Assembly: GCA_963751455.1 (NCBI GenBank)
Contig: CAVVUN010000015.1
Location: forward strand, 960,001-1,024,000
DNA length: 64,000 nt
Direction: 5' to 3'
Origin: Nitrospirota bacterium
GTDB taxonomy: Bacteria; Nitrospirota; UBA9217
The notes beneath the pieces are model-generated. The model was given only the letters and a program-made list of their open reading frames with translations, did not search any database and was not told the DNA's origin. A program made the position numbers and the translations under genes. Positions 43,092-52,554 of the stretch are shown here, in pieces; position 1 is the stretch's first letter, and every line of letters starts with the position of its first letter.

Positions 43092-43811
43092 ATGGCGGAT
43101 AAAAAAGATAAGAGCAAGGACGTCAAAAGCAGCGATCAGAAGAAAGGTTCTTCTGCCGCACCCAAGGCCGTTGCCAAGCCGAAGGCGGGCGCAAAGGCAG
43201 TGAAAAAAGAGGGAAAGCCCGAAGGTGGTGTTCAGGAGCCGGGTCAAAAGACCGCACCGGTTCGGATACCGACACCTCGTCTGAGGCAGAAGTATCACGA
43301 CGTTGCAGTGCCGGCGATGATGAAGGAATTCAGTTACAAGAATCCCATGCAGGCGCCCAGACTCGTAAAGGTCGTGCTCAACATGGGTATGGGTGAAGCG
43401 ATTACCAATGCAAAAGCACTGGATTCCGCAGCCGCTGAACTCGGGAAAATAACGGGACAGAGGCCGGTCATTACCAAGGCAAAGAAATCGATAGCAACTT
43501 TCAAGCTGAGAACAGGAATGCCGATCGGCTGCATGGTGACACTCAGGCGTGAACGGATGTATGAATTTCTGGATCGTTTCATCAGCGCAGCGCTTCCGCG
43601 CATACGAGATTTTAAGGGTTTATCCTCCAAGTCTTTCGACGGAAGAGGAAATTACACGGTCGGCATCAAGGAGCAGGTGATCTTCCCGGAGATCGAGATC
43701 GACAAGGTGGATTCGATCCACGGGATGGACATCGTGATTGTTACCACTGCGAAAACGGATGAAGAAGGAAGGGCACTGCTCGGTCATCTGGGTATGCCGT
43801 ACCGGAAGTAA
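43092..43811 (+). CDS. rplE: 50S ribosomal protein L5 with Lys/Ala-rich N-terminal extension
   Basis: [29 protein letters not shown]; about 60 extra N-terminal residues. Confidence 0.96.
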   Translation: MADKKDKSKDVKSSDQKKGSSAAPKAVAKPKAGAKAVKKEGKPEGGVQEPGQKTAPVRIPTPRLRQKYHDVAVPAMMKEFSYKNPMQAPRLVKVVLNMGMGEAITNAKALDSAAAELGKITGQRPVITKAKKSIATFKLRTGMPIGCMVTLRRERMYEFLDRFISAALPRIRDFKGLSSKSFDGRGNYTVGIKEQVIFPEIEIDKVDSIHGMDIVIVTTAKTDEEGRALLGHLGMPYRK

Positions 43812-43842
43812 GCCGCCGTCAGGCGGACGCGATGGAGGAATA

Positions 43843-44028
43843 ATGGCAAAGAAGTCTTTAATAGCAAAGGCAACGAGAGCGCCGAAGTTCAAGGTGCGTG
43901 CATACCACCGCTGTCCGCTGTGCGGACGGTCGAGGGGGTATCTCAGAAAATTCGATATGTGCAGAATCTGTTTCAGGAACCGGGCGCTCAAGGGAGAGAT
44001 TCCCGGCGTTATAAAGGCAAGCTGGTAG
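43843..44028 (+). CDS. rpsN: 30S ribosomal protein S14, type Z
   Basis: MAKKSL...CPLCGR...CRICFR...ASW; ATG after GGAGG. Confidence 0.97.
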   Translation: MAKKSLIAKATRAPKFKVRAYHRCPLCGRSRGYLRKFDMCRICFRNRALKGEIPGVIKASW

Positions 44029-44046
44029 GTAAAAGGGGCTGAACCA

Positions 44047-44442
44047 ATGATGACCGATCCGATCGCGGACATGCTAACGCGCATCCGCAATGCCAGTAAG
44101 GCAAAACATGAAAAAGTAGATATTCCTTCCTCAAAGCTGAAGGTTGAGATTGCGAAGATCCTGAAGGATGAGGGGTTTGTCAAGAACGTCAAGCTGGTAA
44201 AAGACCGGAGACAAGGCTTGATCCGCGTATATCTTAAATATACAGACGAAGAGGTGCCGATTATCCAGGGTCTGAAGCGGATAAGCAGGCCGGGTTGTCG
44301 CGTCTATGCCGGTAACGACGCCATCCCGAAAGTCCTGGCAGGATTGGGAACCGCCATTCTGTCAACACCCAGGGGAATCCAGACGGGTAAACAGGCGAAG
44401 AAGGACAATGTGGGCGGAGAAGTGCTCTGCCATGTCTGGTAG
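44047..44442 (+). CDS. rpsH: 30S ribosomal protein S8
   Basis: [19 protein letters not shown]. Confidence 0.98.
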   Translation: MMTDPIADMLTRIRNASKAKHEKVDIPSSKLKVEIAKILKDEGFVKNVKLVKDRRQGLIRVYLKYTDEEVPIIQGLKRISRPGCRVYAGNDAIPKVLAGLGTAILSTPRGIQTGKQAKKDNVGGEVLCHVW

Positions 44443-44484
44443 CTTATTACGGTCGTAGAATTCAGGAGTTGTGTAGGAGCTGTT

Positions 44485-45033
44485 ATGTCGAGGGTTGGTA
44501 GAAAACCTATAGAAATGCCGTCCGGTGTAGAGGCAAAGCTGGAAACGGGAAAAATAACCGTCAAAGGCCCACTGGGAGAAATCACGCAGACTGTAAATCC
44601 GAAGCTCACGATCAAGAAGGAAAACAATCAGCTTCTGATTTTGCGGCCTTCTGACCAGAAGATTTACCGCGAGCTCCATGGGCTGACCAGAAACCTGGTT
44701 GCAAACATGGTACTTGGCGTCAGCAAAGGATTTCAAAAAACGTTGGACATCTCCGGCGTCGGTTTCAAAGCCGCTGCGCAGGGGACGAATCTGATGCTCA
44801 GCCTCGGATTCTCCCATCCGATCGTATATCCGTTACCCAAGGGCGTCAAGGCGACCGTCGATGCCAAGCAGACGCAAATAACCCTGAAGAGCGTCGACAA
44901 GCAGTTGGTCGGCCAGATAGCGGCTAATTTGAGAAGCCTGAAAAAGCCTGAGCCATATAAAGGCAAGGGTATCAAGTATAGTAACGAGGTTATACAGCGC
45001 AAGGAAGGCAAGGCCGGAAAGGGCGGAAAGTAA
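44485..45033 (+). CDS. rplF: 50S ribosomal protein L6
   Basis: MSRVGRKPI, PEPYKGKGIKY. Confidence 0.98.
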   Translation: MSRVGRKPIEMPSGVEAKLETGKITVKGPLGEITQTVNPKLTIKKENNQLLILRPSDQKIYRELHGLTRNLVANMVLGVSKGFQKTLDISGVGFKAAAQGTNLMLSLGFSHPIVYPLPKGVKATVDAKQTQITLKSVDKQLVGQIAANLRSLKKPEPYKGKGIKYSNEVIQRKEGKAGKGGK

Positions 45034-45111
45034 GAAAGTTAATGCTGATAGTTCATCGCAATCTTTTGACACAAGCTAGAGCATAAGTTGATTTGATGGG
45101 AGAGTGAAATT

Positions 45112-45474
45112 GTGGCACACACCAAAGTTAAAGCCAGACAGAAACGGCATGCAAGAATAAGAAGAAAGGTGTTCGGCACGCCCGCCAAACCCCGCTTGAG
45201 CGTCTATAAGAGCTTGAGCCATATCTATGTGCAGCTGATAGACGACACCAGCGGCAGGACGATCATCGCAGCGTCCTCGGCGGAGAAGGCGGTCGCGACA
45301 GGTATGAAGCACTGCGGCAACGTAGAGGCCGCAAAAAAGGTGGGTGCCAGCATAGCAGAGCGGGCGGTGGACAAAAATATTAAAGATGTAGTTTTTGACA
45401 GGGGTGGATATCAATACCACGGGTGTGTAAAGGCGCTTGCCGAGGCTGCCCGTGAAAAAGGTTTGAAGTTCTAA
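45112..45474 (+). CDS. rplR: 50S ribosomal protein L18
   Basis: [20 protein letters not shown]. Confidence 0.98.
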   Translation: MAHTKVKARQKRHARIRRKVFGTPAKPRLSVYKSLSHIYVQLIDDTSGRTIIAASSAEKAVATGMKHCGNVEAAKKVGASIAERAVDKNIKDVVFDRGGYQYHGCVKALAEAAREKGLKF

Positions 45475-45538
45475 GGAAACCCGGCATTTTTGCCATAAAT
45501 GAATTTGTTGTTTAACAGGGTTAATTTCGGAGGCGGCA

Positions 45539-46048
45539 TTGGCAGAGCGATATAAAAAAGACGCAGAAGAAGGCGACGGCCTTAAAGATAAACTGGTCTA
45601 CCTGAACCGGGTGGCCAAGGTGGTCAAAGGCGGTAAGCGCTTCAACTTTACCGCTCTCGTAGTCGTCGGCGATGGCAAAGGTAAAATCGGCGTCGGCAAA
45701 GGAAAGGCAGCCGAGGCGCCCGTGGCAATCAAAAAAGCAGTGGAGCGGGCAAAGAAAAATATGGTCCTCGTTTCCTTAAAGGGAGACACGATCCCGCACG
45801 AAGTGCTTGGGCACTATGGGGCCGGCAAGGTTTTGTTGAAACCGGCATCGGAAGGTACCGGATTGATTGCGGGCGGCGCCAGCCGGTCGGTGCTGGAAGT
45901 AGTCGGCGTCCGAAACGTATTGTGCAAATCCCTCGGCTCGAGCAACCCGCACAACGTTGTCAGCGCGACCATCAAGGGATTGACCAGTTTGAGAAGCGCC
46001 GAACAGGTAGCAGCACTGCGCGGCAGATCGGTGGAGGAGCTTGGCTAA
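45539..46048 (+). CDS. rpsE: 30S ribosomal protein S5
   Basis: [21 protein letters not shown]. Confidence 0.98.
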   Translation: MAERYKKDAEEGDGLKDKLVYLNRVAKVVKGGKRFNFTALVVVGDGKGKIGVGKGKAAEAPVAIKKAVERAKKNMVLVSLKGDTIPHEVLGHYGAGKVLLKPASEGTGLIAGGASRSVLEVVGVRNVLCKSLGSSNPHNVVSATIKGLTSLRSAEQVAALRGRSVEELG

Positions 46049-46242
46049 TGGCGAAATCCGACGCAAAAAAAATAAAAATTACGCTCGTAAAAAGCGGGAT
46101 CGCCAGGCCCGGGAAGCACAAGGTTGTTTTAATCGGACTCGGTCTTAAAAAACTCAATCATTTCGTGGTTCGTCTGGATACGCCGGAAATCCGGGGCATG
46201 ATTAACAAAGTTTCGCACCTCGTAAACGTTGAAGAAGCGTAA
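46048..46242 (+). CDS. rpmD: 50S ribosomal protein L30
   Basis: [26 protein letters not shown]; TAATG overlap with rpsE. Confidence 0.95.
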   Translation: MAKSDAKKIKITLVKSGIARPGKHKVVLIGLGLKKLNHFVVRLDTPEIRGMINKVSHLVNVEEA

Positions 46243-46278
46243 TATAAAAAACTTCAGAATGACGGTTGTGATAAAACT

Positions 46279-46719
46279 ATGAGACTAGAAGAACTGAAGC
46301 CCGCAGAAGGGGCAACAAAAAAAGCAAAAAGGGTCGGCAGGGGAGTCGGTTCAGGATCCGGCAAGACTGCGGGAAAAGGTCATAAAGGCCAGAAGGCACG
46401 ATCCGGCGGTGTGAAGGGCGCGGGTTTTGAAGGCGGGCAAATGCCGCTTCAGCGCAGAATACCGAAAAGAGGATTTACAAACATATTCCGGAAGGAATAT
46501 GCAATTTTGAATCTTGACGACCTCGCAAAGCTTGCAGGTTCCGATGCGGTAACGCCCGAGATGCTTCTTGAGAAGGGTTTGATTGACGATATGAAGAGCG
46601 GGCTGAAAATTCTAGGTATGGGGGAATTGAAGACAAAGCTTACCGTGCGTGCACACAAGTTCAGCAAGAGCGCCGTACAAAAAATCGAGGCTGCAGGCGG
46701 AAAGGCAGAGGTGATTTAA
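46279..46719 (+). CDS. rplO: 50S ribosomal protein L15
   Basis: [20 protein letters not shown]. Confidence 0.98.
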   Translation: MRLEELKPAEGATKKAKRVGRGVGSGSGKTAGKGHKGQKARSGGVKGAGFEGGQMPLQRRIPKRGFTNIFRKEYAILNLDDLAKLAGSDAVTPEMLLEKGLIDDMKSGLKILGMGELKTKLTVRAHKFSKSAVQKIEAAGGKAEVI

Positions 46720-46722
46720 CTC

Positions 46723-48021
46723 GTGTTCTCCGCTCTCAAGAATATATTCAACATCCCCGAGCTCAGAAAGCGGGTTATTTTCACGCTATTGATGATGGCG
46801 GTGTACCGCGTTGGCGCGCATATCCCGACGCCCGGAATCAAGGGCGAAGCCCTCAGTCAATATCTGCACCAGGCAGCTTCCGGCCTGATGGGTTTTTTTG
46901 ACATGTTTTCCGGCGGAGCATTGTCCCGAGTGACGATTTTTGCGCTTGGCATTATGCCCTATATAACTGCCTCCATTGTGCTGCAGCTTTTGACTGTCGT
47001 GATACCCCGGCTTCAGGCCCTGGCTAAAGAAGGTGAGGCGGGCAGAAAAAAGATCACAGAATATACACGGTACGGAACGGTTCTGATTTCCGGTTTCCAG
47101 TCCTTCTGGATGGCGGTAGGTATCGAAAAGATGGGAGATGGAGCGTTTGTGGATGCTCCGGGATGGTCGTTCCGCATTCTTACGATGATTACTCTTACCG
47201 CGGGCACAACCTTCATTATGTGGCTGGGTGAACAGATTACCGAGCGCGGCATCGGCAACGGTATTTCGCTTATTATTTTTGCCGGAATTGTCGCGGGGTT
47301 TCCCAGTGCGGTGCAGAATACCATCGGGCTGGTTCGTTCCGGCGAAATTTCGTATTTTATGGTTTTTCTGATCATGGGGCTGATCATCGCCGTTGTTGCA
47401 GCGATCATTATTATGGAGCGCGGCCAGAGAAAAATTGCTGTCCAATATGCGCAAAGAATGGTCGGCAGGAAAATTTATAAAGGGCAGAGCACACACTTGC
47501 CGCTCAAGATTAATTCTGCGGGTGTCATTCCGCCGATATTCGCATCATCCATACTGCTGTTCCCGGCCACTATTGCCGGGTTCGCACAGGTAGAGTGGAT
47601 CCAGTCAATCGCAAAGCAGCTTTCACCCGGACAAGTCCTCTACACGACTGTATATGTGGCAATGATCATATTCTTTGCCTATTTTTATACAGCGATCGTT
47701 TTTAATCCGGTAGACATTGCCGAGAATTTGAAAAAATACGGAGGTTTCATCCCTGGAATCAGGCCGGGCAAAAAAACCTCAGATTATCTGTACCGTGTTT
47801 TAACGCGCATTACCCTGGGTGGAGCGCTTTATCTGTCGGCGGTCTGTGTGCTCCCCGACATATTTTACAAAGCGTTTAACGTTCCGTTTTATTTCGGCGG
47901 CACATCGCTGCTTATCGTAATAGGCGTGGCACTCGATACCGTTTCTCAGATCGAGTCCCATTTGATCCAGCGGCATTACGGAGGTTTCCTGAAGGGCGTT
48001 TCAGTCAAGGGTAGACGGTGA
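46723..48021 (+). CDS. secY: Preprotein translocase subunit SecY
   Basis: FALGIMPYITASI, GIGNGISLII, GFIPGIRPG, GGTSLLI. Confidence 0.98.
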   Translation: MFSALKNIFNIPELRKRVIFTLLMMAVYRVGAHIPTPGIKGEALSQYLHQAASGLMGFFDMFSGGALSRVTIFALGIMPYITASIVLQLLTVVIPRLQALAKEGEAGRKKITEYTRYGTVLISGFQSFWMAVGIEKMGDGAFVDAPGWSFRILTMITLTAGTTFIMWLGEQITERGIGNGISLIIFAGIVAGFPSAVQNTIGLVRSGEISYFMVFLIMGLIIAVVAAIIIMERGQRKIAVQYAQRMVGRKIYKGQSTHLPLKINSAGVIPPIFASSILLFPATIAGFAQVEWIQSIAKQLSPGQVLYTTVYVAMIIFFAYFYTAIVFNPVDIAENLKKYGGFIPGIRPGKKTSDYLYRVLTRITLGGALYLSAVCVLPDIFYKAFNVPFYFGGTSLLIVIGVALDTVSQIESHLIQRHYGGFLKGVSVKGRR

Positions 48022-48036
48022 CATAGGTCCTGTCCC

Positions 48037-48786
48037 ATGATTATTCTTAAGTCCCATCAGGAGATTGAAAAAATACGCAGTGCGTGCCTGGTTGTTGCAA
48101 CTGTGCTTGAAGATATCCGCGATATTATCAAGCCCGGCGTAACCACGCAGGCCCTCGACGAATTTGCCGAGAAGATAATTGTTTCCTCGGGAGCAACGCC
48201 GGCTTTCAAGGGTTACCGCGGCTACCCGAAGACGCTCTGTACGTCGCTCAATGATCAGGTCGTCCACGGAATTCCCTCAAGAAATGTAGTTCTCAAAGAG
48301 GGAGACATCTTAAGCGTGGATGTCGGCGCCATTGTCGAGGGATTTTTCGGCGATGCAGCAATGACCTTTCCGGTAGGGACGGTTCGGCCGGAAGCCGCGC
48401 GGTTGATCCAGATAACGGAAGAAGCACTGCGGAAGGGTATTGCCGAGGCAAAGCAAGGGAACAGGTTGTTTGACATCTCCAGTGCGGTTCAGAAACATGT
48501 GGAAGCAAACAGGTACTCGGTGGTAAGGGAATTTGTCGGTCACGGGATCGGAAGAAATATGCACGAAGATCCGCAGATTCCCAACTTCGGAGAACCCGGA
48601 CACGGCCCCAGGATAAAGTCTGGAATGGTCTTTGCGATTGAACCGATGGTAAATATGGGCAATAGCCCTACAATCGTATTGGAGGACGGATGGACTGCGG
48701 TGACCGTAGACGGCAGTCTTTCAGCCCACTTTGAGCATACGGTCGCAGTGATGCCTGAAGGACCATGGATACTGACTCGGAAATAA
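48037..48786 (+). CDS. map: Methionine aminopeptidase type I
   Basis: VVHGIP, GHGIG, FAIEPM, SAHFEHT. Confidence 0.97.
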   Translation: MIILKSHQEIEKIRSACLVVATVLEDIRDIIKPGVTTQALDEFAEKIIVSSGATPAFKGYRGYPKTLCTSLNDQVVHGIPSRNVVLKEGDILSVDVGAIVEGFFGDAAMTFPVGTVRPEAARLIQITEEALRKGIAEAKQGNRLFDISSAVQKHVEANRYSVVREFVGHGIGRNMHEDPQIPNFGEPGHGPRIKSGMVFAIEPMVNMGNSPTIVLEDGWTAVTVDGSLSAHFEHTVAVMPEGPWILTRK

Positions 48787-48805
48787 CCATCAGATTAGAG
48801 ACGAT

Positions 48806-49024
48806 ATGGCGAAGGAAGATTCAATAGAAGTACAAGGCACGGTTCTTGAAACACTGCCGAATGCGATGTTTCGCGTCGAAATAGAAAACGGCCATAAGAT
48901 TCTTGCTCATATATCCGGTAAAATGCGAATGCATTTCATAAAGATATTACCGGGAGACAAAGTTACGGTGGAACTTACCCCGTATGACCTTACGCGAGGC
49001 AGAATTACATACCGCTTCAAATAA
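48806..49024 (+). CDS. infA: Translation initiation factor IF-1
   Basis: [23 protein letters not shown]. Confidence 0.98.
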   Translation: MAKEDSIEVQGTVLETLPNAMFRVEIENGHKILAHISGKMRMHFIKILPGDKVTVELTPYDLTRGRITYRFK

Positions 49025-49061
49025 CAGAGAGGTTTATAACCTCAACAGAATGGAATTACCC

Positions 49062-49175
49062 ATGAAAGTTCGCTCATCAGTACGAAAAATTTGTCCGAAA
49101 TGCTCTATCATCCGCCGCAAAGGAATTGTGCGCGTTATCTGTGAAAATGCGCGCCATAAGCAGCGCCAGGGTTAG
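49062..49175 (+). CDS. rpmJ: 50S ribosomal protein L36
   Basis: [14 protein letters not shown]...HKQRQG. Confidence 0.97.
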   Translation: MKVRSSVRKICPKCSIIRRKGIVRVICENARHKQRQG

Positions 49176-49192
49176 GGAAGGACGACTGATTC

Positions 49193-49286
49193 ATTGTAAA
49201 GTGCAAATTGGAAATTGAAATTGTGAAACGAAAATTTGCAATTTAAACTTTACAATTTTTATTATGCAATTCTCGCGAAGCGAGAA
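49193..49286. repeat. TTGCAA-type heptamer palindrome plus CTCGCGAAGCGAG mini-hairpin
   Basis: ATTGTAAAGTGCAAATTGGAAATTGAAATTG ... ATTTGCAATTTAAACTTTACAATTTTTATTATGCAAT, then TCTCGC-GAA-GCGAGA. Confidence 0.75.
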
Positions 49287-49297
49287 ATGGAGGAACT

Positions 49298-49690
49298 GTG
49301 GCACGAATTGCCGGTGTTGATCTACCGAAAGATAAAAAGATAGAAATCGGTCTGACCTATATTTATGGTATAGGTCCGGCATCAGCGAAAAAGATACTTG
49401 CTGAAGCAGGAGTCGACCCTGCTACGAAAAGCGGGAGCATTACCGAATCGGATATTGTTAAAATCCGCGCCATTCTCGATCGTAATTATACAATCGAAGG
49501 AGACCTTCGCAGAGACGTAACAATGAACATCAAGCGCTTGATGGATATCGGCAGTTACCGGGGGCTGCGGCATCGCAGGGGCTTGCCTGCCCGGGGACAG
49601 CGAACCAAAACAAACGCGAGAACAAGAAAAGGTCCGAAGAAATCGGCGATGTCAGGTAGAGGCAAGAAAAAAGGAATGTCAAAGAAGTAA
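49298..49690 (+). CDS. rpsM: 30S ribosomal protein S13
   Basis: [22 protein letters not shown]. Confidence 0.98.
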   Translation: MARIAGVDLPKDKKIEIGLTYIYGIGPASAKKILAEAGVDPATKSGSITESDIVKIRAILDRNYTIEGDLRRDVTMNIKRLMDIGSYRGLRHRRGLPARGQRTKTNARTRKGPKKSAMSGRGKKKGMSKK

Positions 49691-49734
49691 GATGGGACAG
49701 CTAAACACGAATTCCACGTGTTTCTCAAGGAGGA

Positions 49735-50112
49735 ATGATGGCCAAGAAGGGTAAAGAGAGAAAGAACGTGGCCAACGGTATTGCGCATATTCATGCATCG
49801 TTCAATAATACGATCGTGACGATCACGGACACAGCAGGAAATGTTATTACGTGGTCGAGCGCCGGCAATAAAGGGTTTAAGGGGTCGCGCAAGAGTACGC
49901 CGTTCGCCTCTCAGCTGGCCGCAGAATCAGCAGCCAAGAAAGCCATGGAGCACGGCATGAGACAGGTGGAAGTGTATGTAAAAGGCCCTGGGACCGGTCG
50001 GGAATCGGCAATCCGCTCCATCCAGGCTGCCGGACTCGAAATTGTGGCGATCAAGGACGTAACTCCTATCCCTCATAACGGGTGCAGGCCGCCGAAACGA
50101 AGAAGGGTGTAG
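49735..50112 (+). CDS. rpsK: 30S ribosomal protein S11
   Basis: [29 protein letters not shown]. Confidence 0.98.
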   Translation: MMAKKGKERKNVANGIAHIHASFNNTIVTITDTAGNVITWSSAGNKGFKGSRKSTPFASQLAAESAAKKAMEHGMRQVEVYVKGPGTGRESAIRSIQAAGLEIVAIKDVTPIPHNGCRPPKRRRV

Positions 50113-50186
50113 GCATTGAATTAAAGTTTATATAAGAAAATTGATTAACATTTTCAATTTTTCAAAGCGAGAAACGGAGGAAACAC

Positions 50187-50816
50187 TTGGCACGGTATAT
50201 AGGATCGGTCTGCAAGCTCTGCAGAAGAGAGGGCATCAAACTCTTTTTGAAGGCCGAGCGTTGCTTTACAGATAAATGCGCGGTCACCAGGCGCAGCTAT
50301 CCTCCCGGACAGCATGGCCAGGGCAGGATTAAACAGTCGGAATACAGCTTGCAGCTTAGAGAAAAGCAGAAAATTAGGCGTATTTACGGTGTGCTTGAAC
50401 GTCAATTTCGCGGATATTTTGAGAAGGCTGAACGCATGAAAGGCGTAACCGGCGATAATCTGCTTCAGCTCCTTGAGAGAAGACTTGATAGTGTCGTACA
50501 GCGGATGGGTTTTGCCGGTGCTAAGAAAGAGGCGCGCCAGCTGGTACGGCATGGGCATATGCTTGTGAACGGGAGAAAAGTTAACATTCCTTCCTATCTG
50601 CTTAAGGCCGGCGATGTCGTGGAATTGCGTGAAAAAAGCAGGAGCATCGCACTGATACAGCAGAGTTTGGCCGCAGTAGAGAAGCGCGGCTTCCCCTCAT
50701 GGCTTGAAATCGATAAGTCTCTGTTCAAGGGCAGAGTGGTGGCATTGCCGGCCAGGGATGAATCGACCATGCCGACGGTCAAAGAGCAGTTGGTGGTCGA
50801 ACTCTACTCAAAGTAA
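50187..50816 (+). CDS. rpsD: 30S ribosomal protein S4
   Basis: [26 protein letters not shown]. Confidence 0.98.
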   Translation: MARYIGSVCKLCRREGIKLFLKAERCFTDKCAVTRRSYPPGQHGQGRIKQSEYSLQLREKQKIRRIYGVLERQFRGYFEKAERMKGVTGDNLLQLLERRLDSVVQRMGFAGAKKEARQLVRHGHMLVNGRKVNIPSYLLKAGDVVELREKSRSIALIQQSLAAVEKRGFPSWLEIDKSLFKGRVVALPARDESTMPTVKEQLVVELYSK

Positions 50817-50927
50817 TCTGGTAATTATTCCGTAATTATCGAGACTGACTATCTTAGCCTGGTTACATACATAGCCGGCGAAGAATCGGTTTCTTAATAA
50901 GTTCTTTCACTCCGCTATGGAGGAAAC

Positions 50928-51950
50928 ATGCTCAAAAAAGCCAAAGATTTTCAGATGCCAAAAAAACTTCAATATGACCCAAAAAAAATATCGGATACGT
51001 ACGGAAAATTTGTTGCAGAGCCGCTTGAGCGTGGGTTCGGGACGACTTTGGGCAATTCTTTGCGCAGGGTTTTGCTGTCGTCACTTGAAGGTTCCGCCAT
51101 CACTTCATTGAAGATTTCGGGAGTTCAGCACGAATTTTCGAGCATCCCGGGGGTGATTGAGGATACTACCGATTTAATTCTGAACTTGAAAGAAATCAGG
51201 CTGAAACTGCATACGGACAAGCCGAAGACGCTGTTACTGAAGGGCAAAGGGCCGGGGCCGGTCACTGCAAAAGAAATTGAAGCAGATGCAGAGGTAGAAA
51301 TTCTTAACCCTGACCTTCATCTTGCGACAATTGATAAGAACGGCAAACTGGAAGTTGAGATGCGTGCCCGGCGCGGCCGGGGTTATGTCGCATCGGACAA
51401 GAACAAGGAACCGGGACAACCGATCGGTGTAATTCCGATCGATTCTATTTTCTCCCCGATCAGAAAAGTAAACTTTAAGGTCGAGAACGCAAGGGTCGGC
51501 CAGGATACGGACTACGATAAGCTTGTTCTCGAAGTTTGGACCGATGGGAGTATTCGCCCTGATGATGCAGTTGCGCATGCATCGAAGCTTTTAAAGGACC
51601 ATCTTTCTATTTTCATACACCTGCCCGAGGAAGAAGAAGAGGCGCCTGCCATCGAGGAGGAGATCAAGAAGGTTCCCTCATTCAACGAAAATCTGCTTCG
51701 CAGCGTCAATGAACTGGAGCTTTCCGTCCGCGCGGCAAACTGCTTGAAAAACGCCGGGATTGAAACAATCGCGGAAATGGTGCAGAAGACAGAAAGCGAA
51801 ATGCTCAAGACTAAAAACTTTGGAAGAAAGTCCCTGAATGAGATCAAAGAGATTCTTGCTGAAATGGGGCTTTCTCTGGGGATGAAGGTCGACGATAAAA
51901 TTGTAACCGAGGCCAGAAGACTTCTGGCTGAAAAGCCGACAGAGGCTTAA
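50928..51950 (+). CDS. rpoA: RNA polymerase alpha subunit
   Basis: [36 protein letters not shown]. Confidence 0.99.
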   Translation: MLKKAKDFQMPKKLQYDPKKISDTYGKFVAEPLERGFGTTLGNSLRRVLLSSLEGSAITSLKISGVQHEFSSIPGVIEDTTDLILNLKEIRLKLHTDKPKTLLLKGKGPGPVTAKEIEADAEVEILNPDLHLATIDKNGKLEVEMRARRGRGYVASDKNKEPGQPIGVIPIDSIFSPIRKVNFKVENARVGQDTDYDKLVLEVWTDGSIRPDDAVAHASKLLKDHLSIFIHLPEEEEEAPAIEEEIKKVPSFNENLLRSVNELELSVRAANCLKNAGIETIAEMVQKTESEMLKTKNFGRKSLNEIKEILAEMGLSLGMKVDDKIVTEARRLLAEKPTEA

Positions 51951-51978
51951 TCAATAACCGCAGGATGAAGGTAACGAT

Positions 51979-52389
51979 ATGAGACATGGTTGTGCAGGCA
52001 GACAGTTTGGCAGAGATACGAGCCATCGAAAGGCGCTCCTCAGGATGCTCGTAAAATCGCTGTTGAAGAACGAAAAGATTGAGACGACGATAGCGAAGGC
52101 CAAGGAAATACGGCCTCTGGCTGAGAAAATGATCACGCTTGCCAAACGAGGTGATCTGCATGCCAGGCGCCAGGCGCTGAGTTTTATCAACGACGAGATA
52201 GTAGTAACGGGCTTATTTACGAAAATCGGGCCCCGTTTTGCTTCCCGAAGCGGCGGCTATACGAGGATCGTGCAGACCCGAACACGAGCCGGTGATGCAG
52301 CCTCGATGGCGGTTATTGAGCTTTTAGATCGAGAGAAAAAAGAATCCCCTGCTGATAAAGGAAAGGGAAAACCAAAACCGTCCTCTTAA
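51979..52389 (+). CDS. rplQ: 50S ribosomal protein L17
   Basis: [20 protein letters not shown]. Confidence 0.97.
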   Translation: MRHGCAGRQFGRDTSHRKALLRMLVKSLLKNEKIETTIAKAKEIRPLAEKMITLAKRGDLHARRQALSFINDEIVVTGLFTKIGPRFASRSGGYTRIVQTRTRAGDAASMAVIELLDREKKESPADKGKGKPKPSS

Positions 52390-52467
52390 AACAACCGGCT
52401 TTTTCGACTACATGCAGAGTGATGATGTGAACGGCTCTCGTATTCTTTTATGAATAGAGAGTTACTG

Positions 52468-52495
52468 AAGGCAAGGTTTATACCTTGCCTTTTTT
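52468..52495 (+). terminator. Intrinsic terminator of the alpha operon
   Basis: AAGGCAAGGT-TTAT-ACCTTGCCTT-TTTT. Confidence 0.88.
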
Positions 52496-52554
52496 ATTGC
52501 GTTTACAGAAAGTTGCTTTTATGTTAAGATTAAATTCCCTAATCGGGTTTATCT

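Noticed and set aside
43813-43826. CCGCC-GTCA-GGCGG mini-hairpin between rplE and rpsN
   Set aside because: Too short to separate from chance on its own; may belong to the repeat family but is unsupported here
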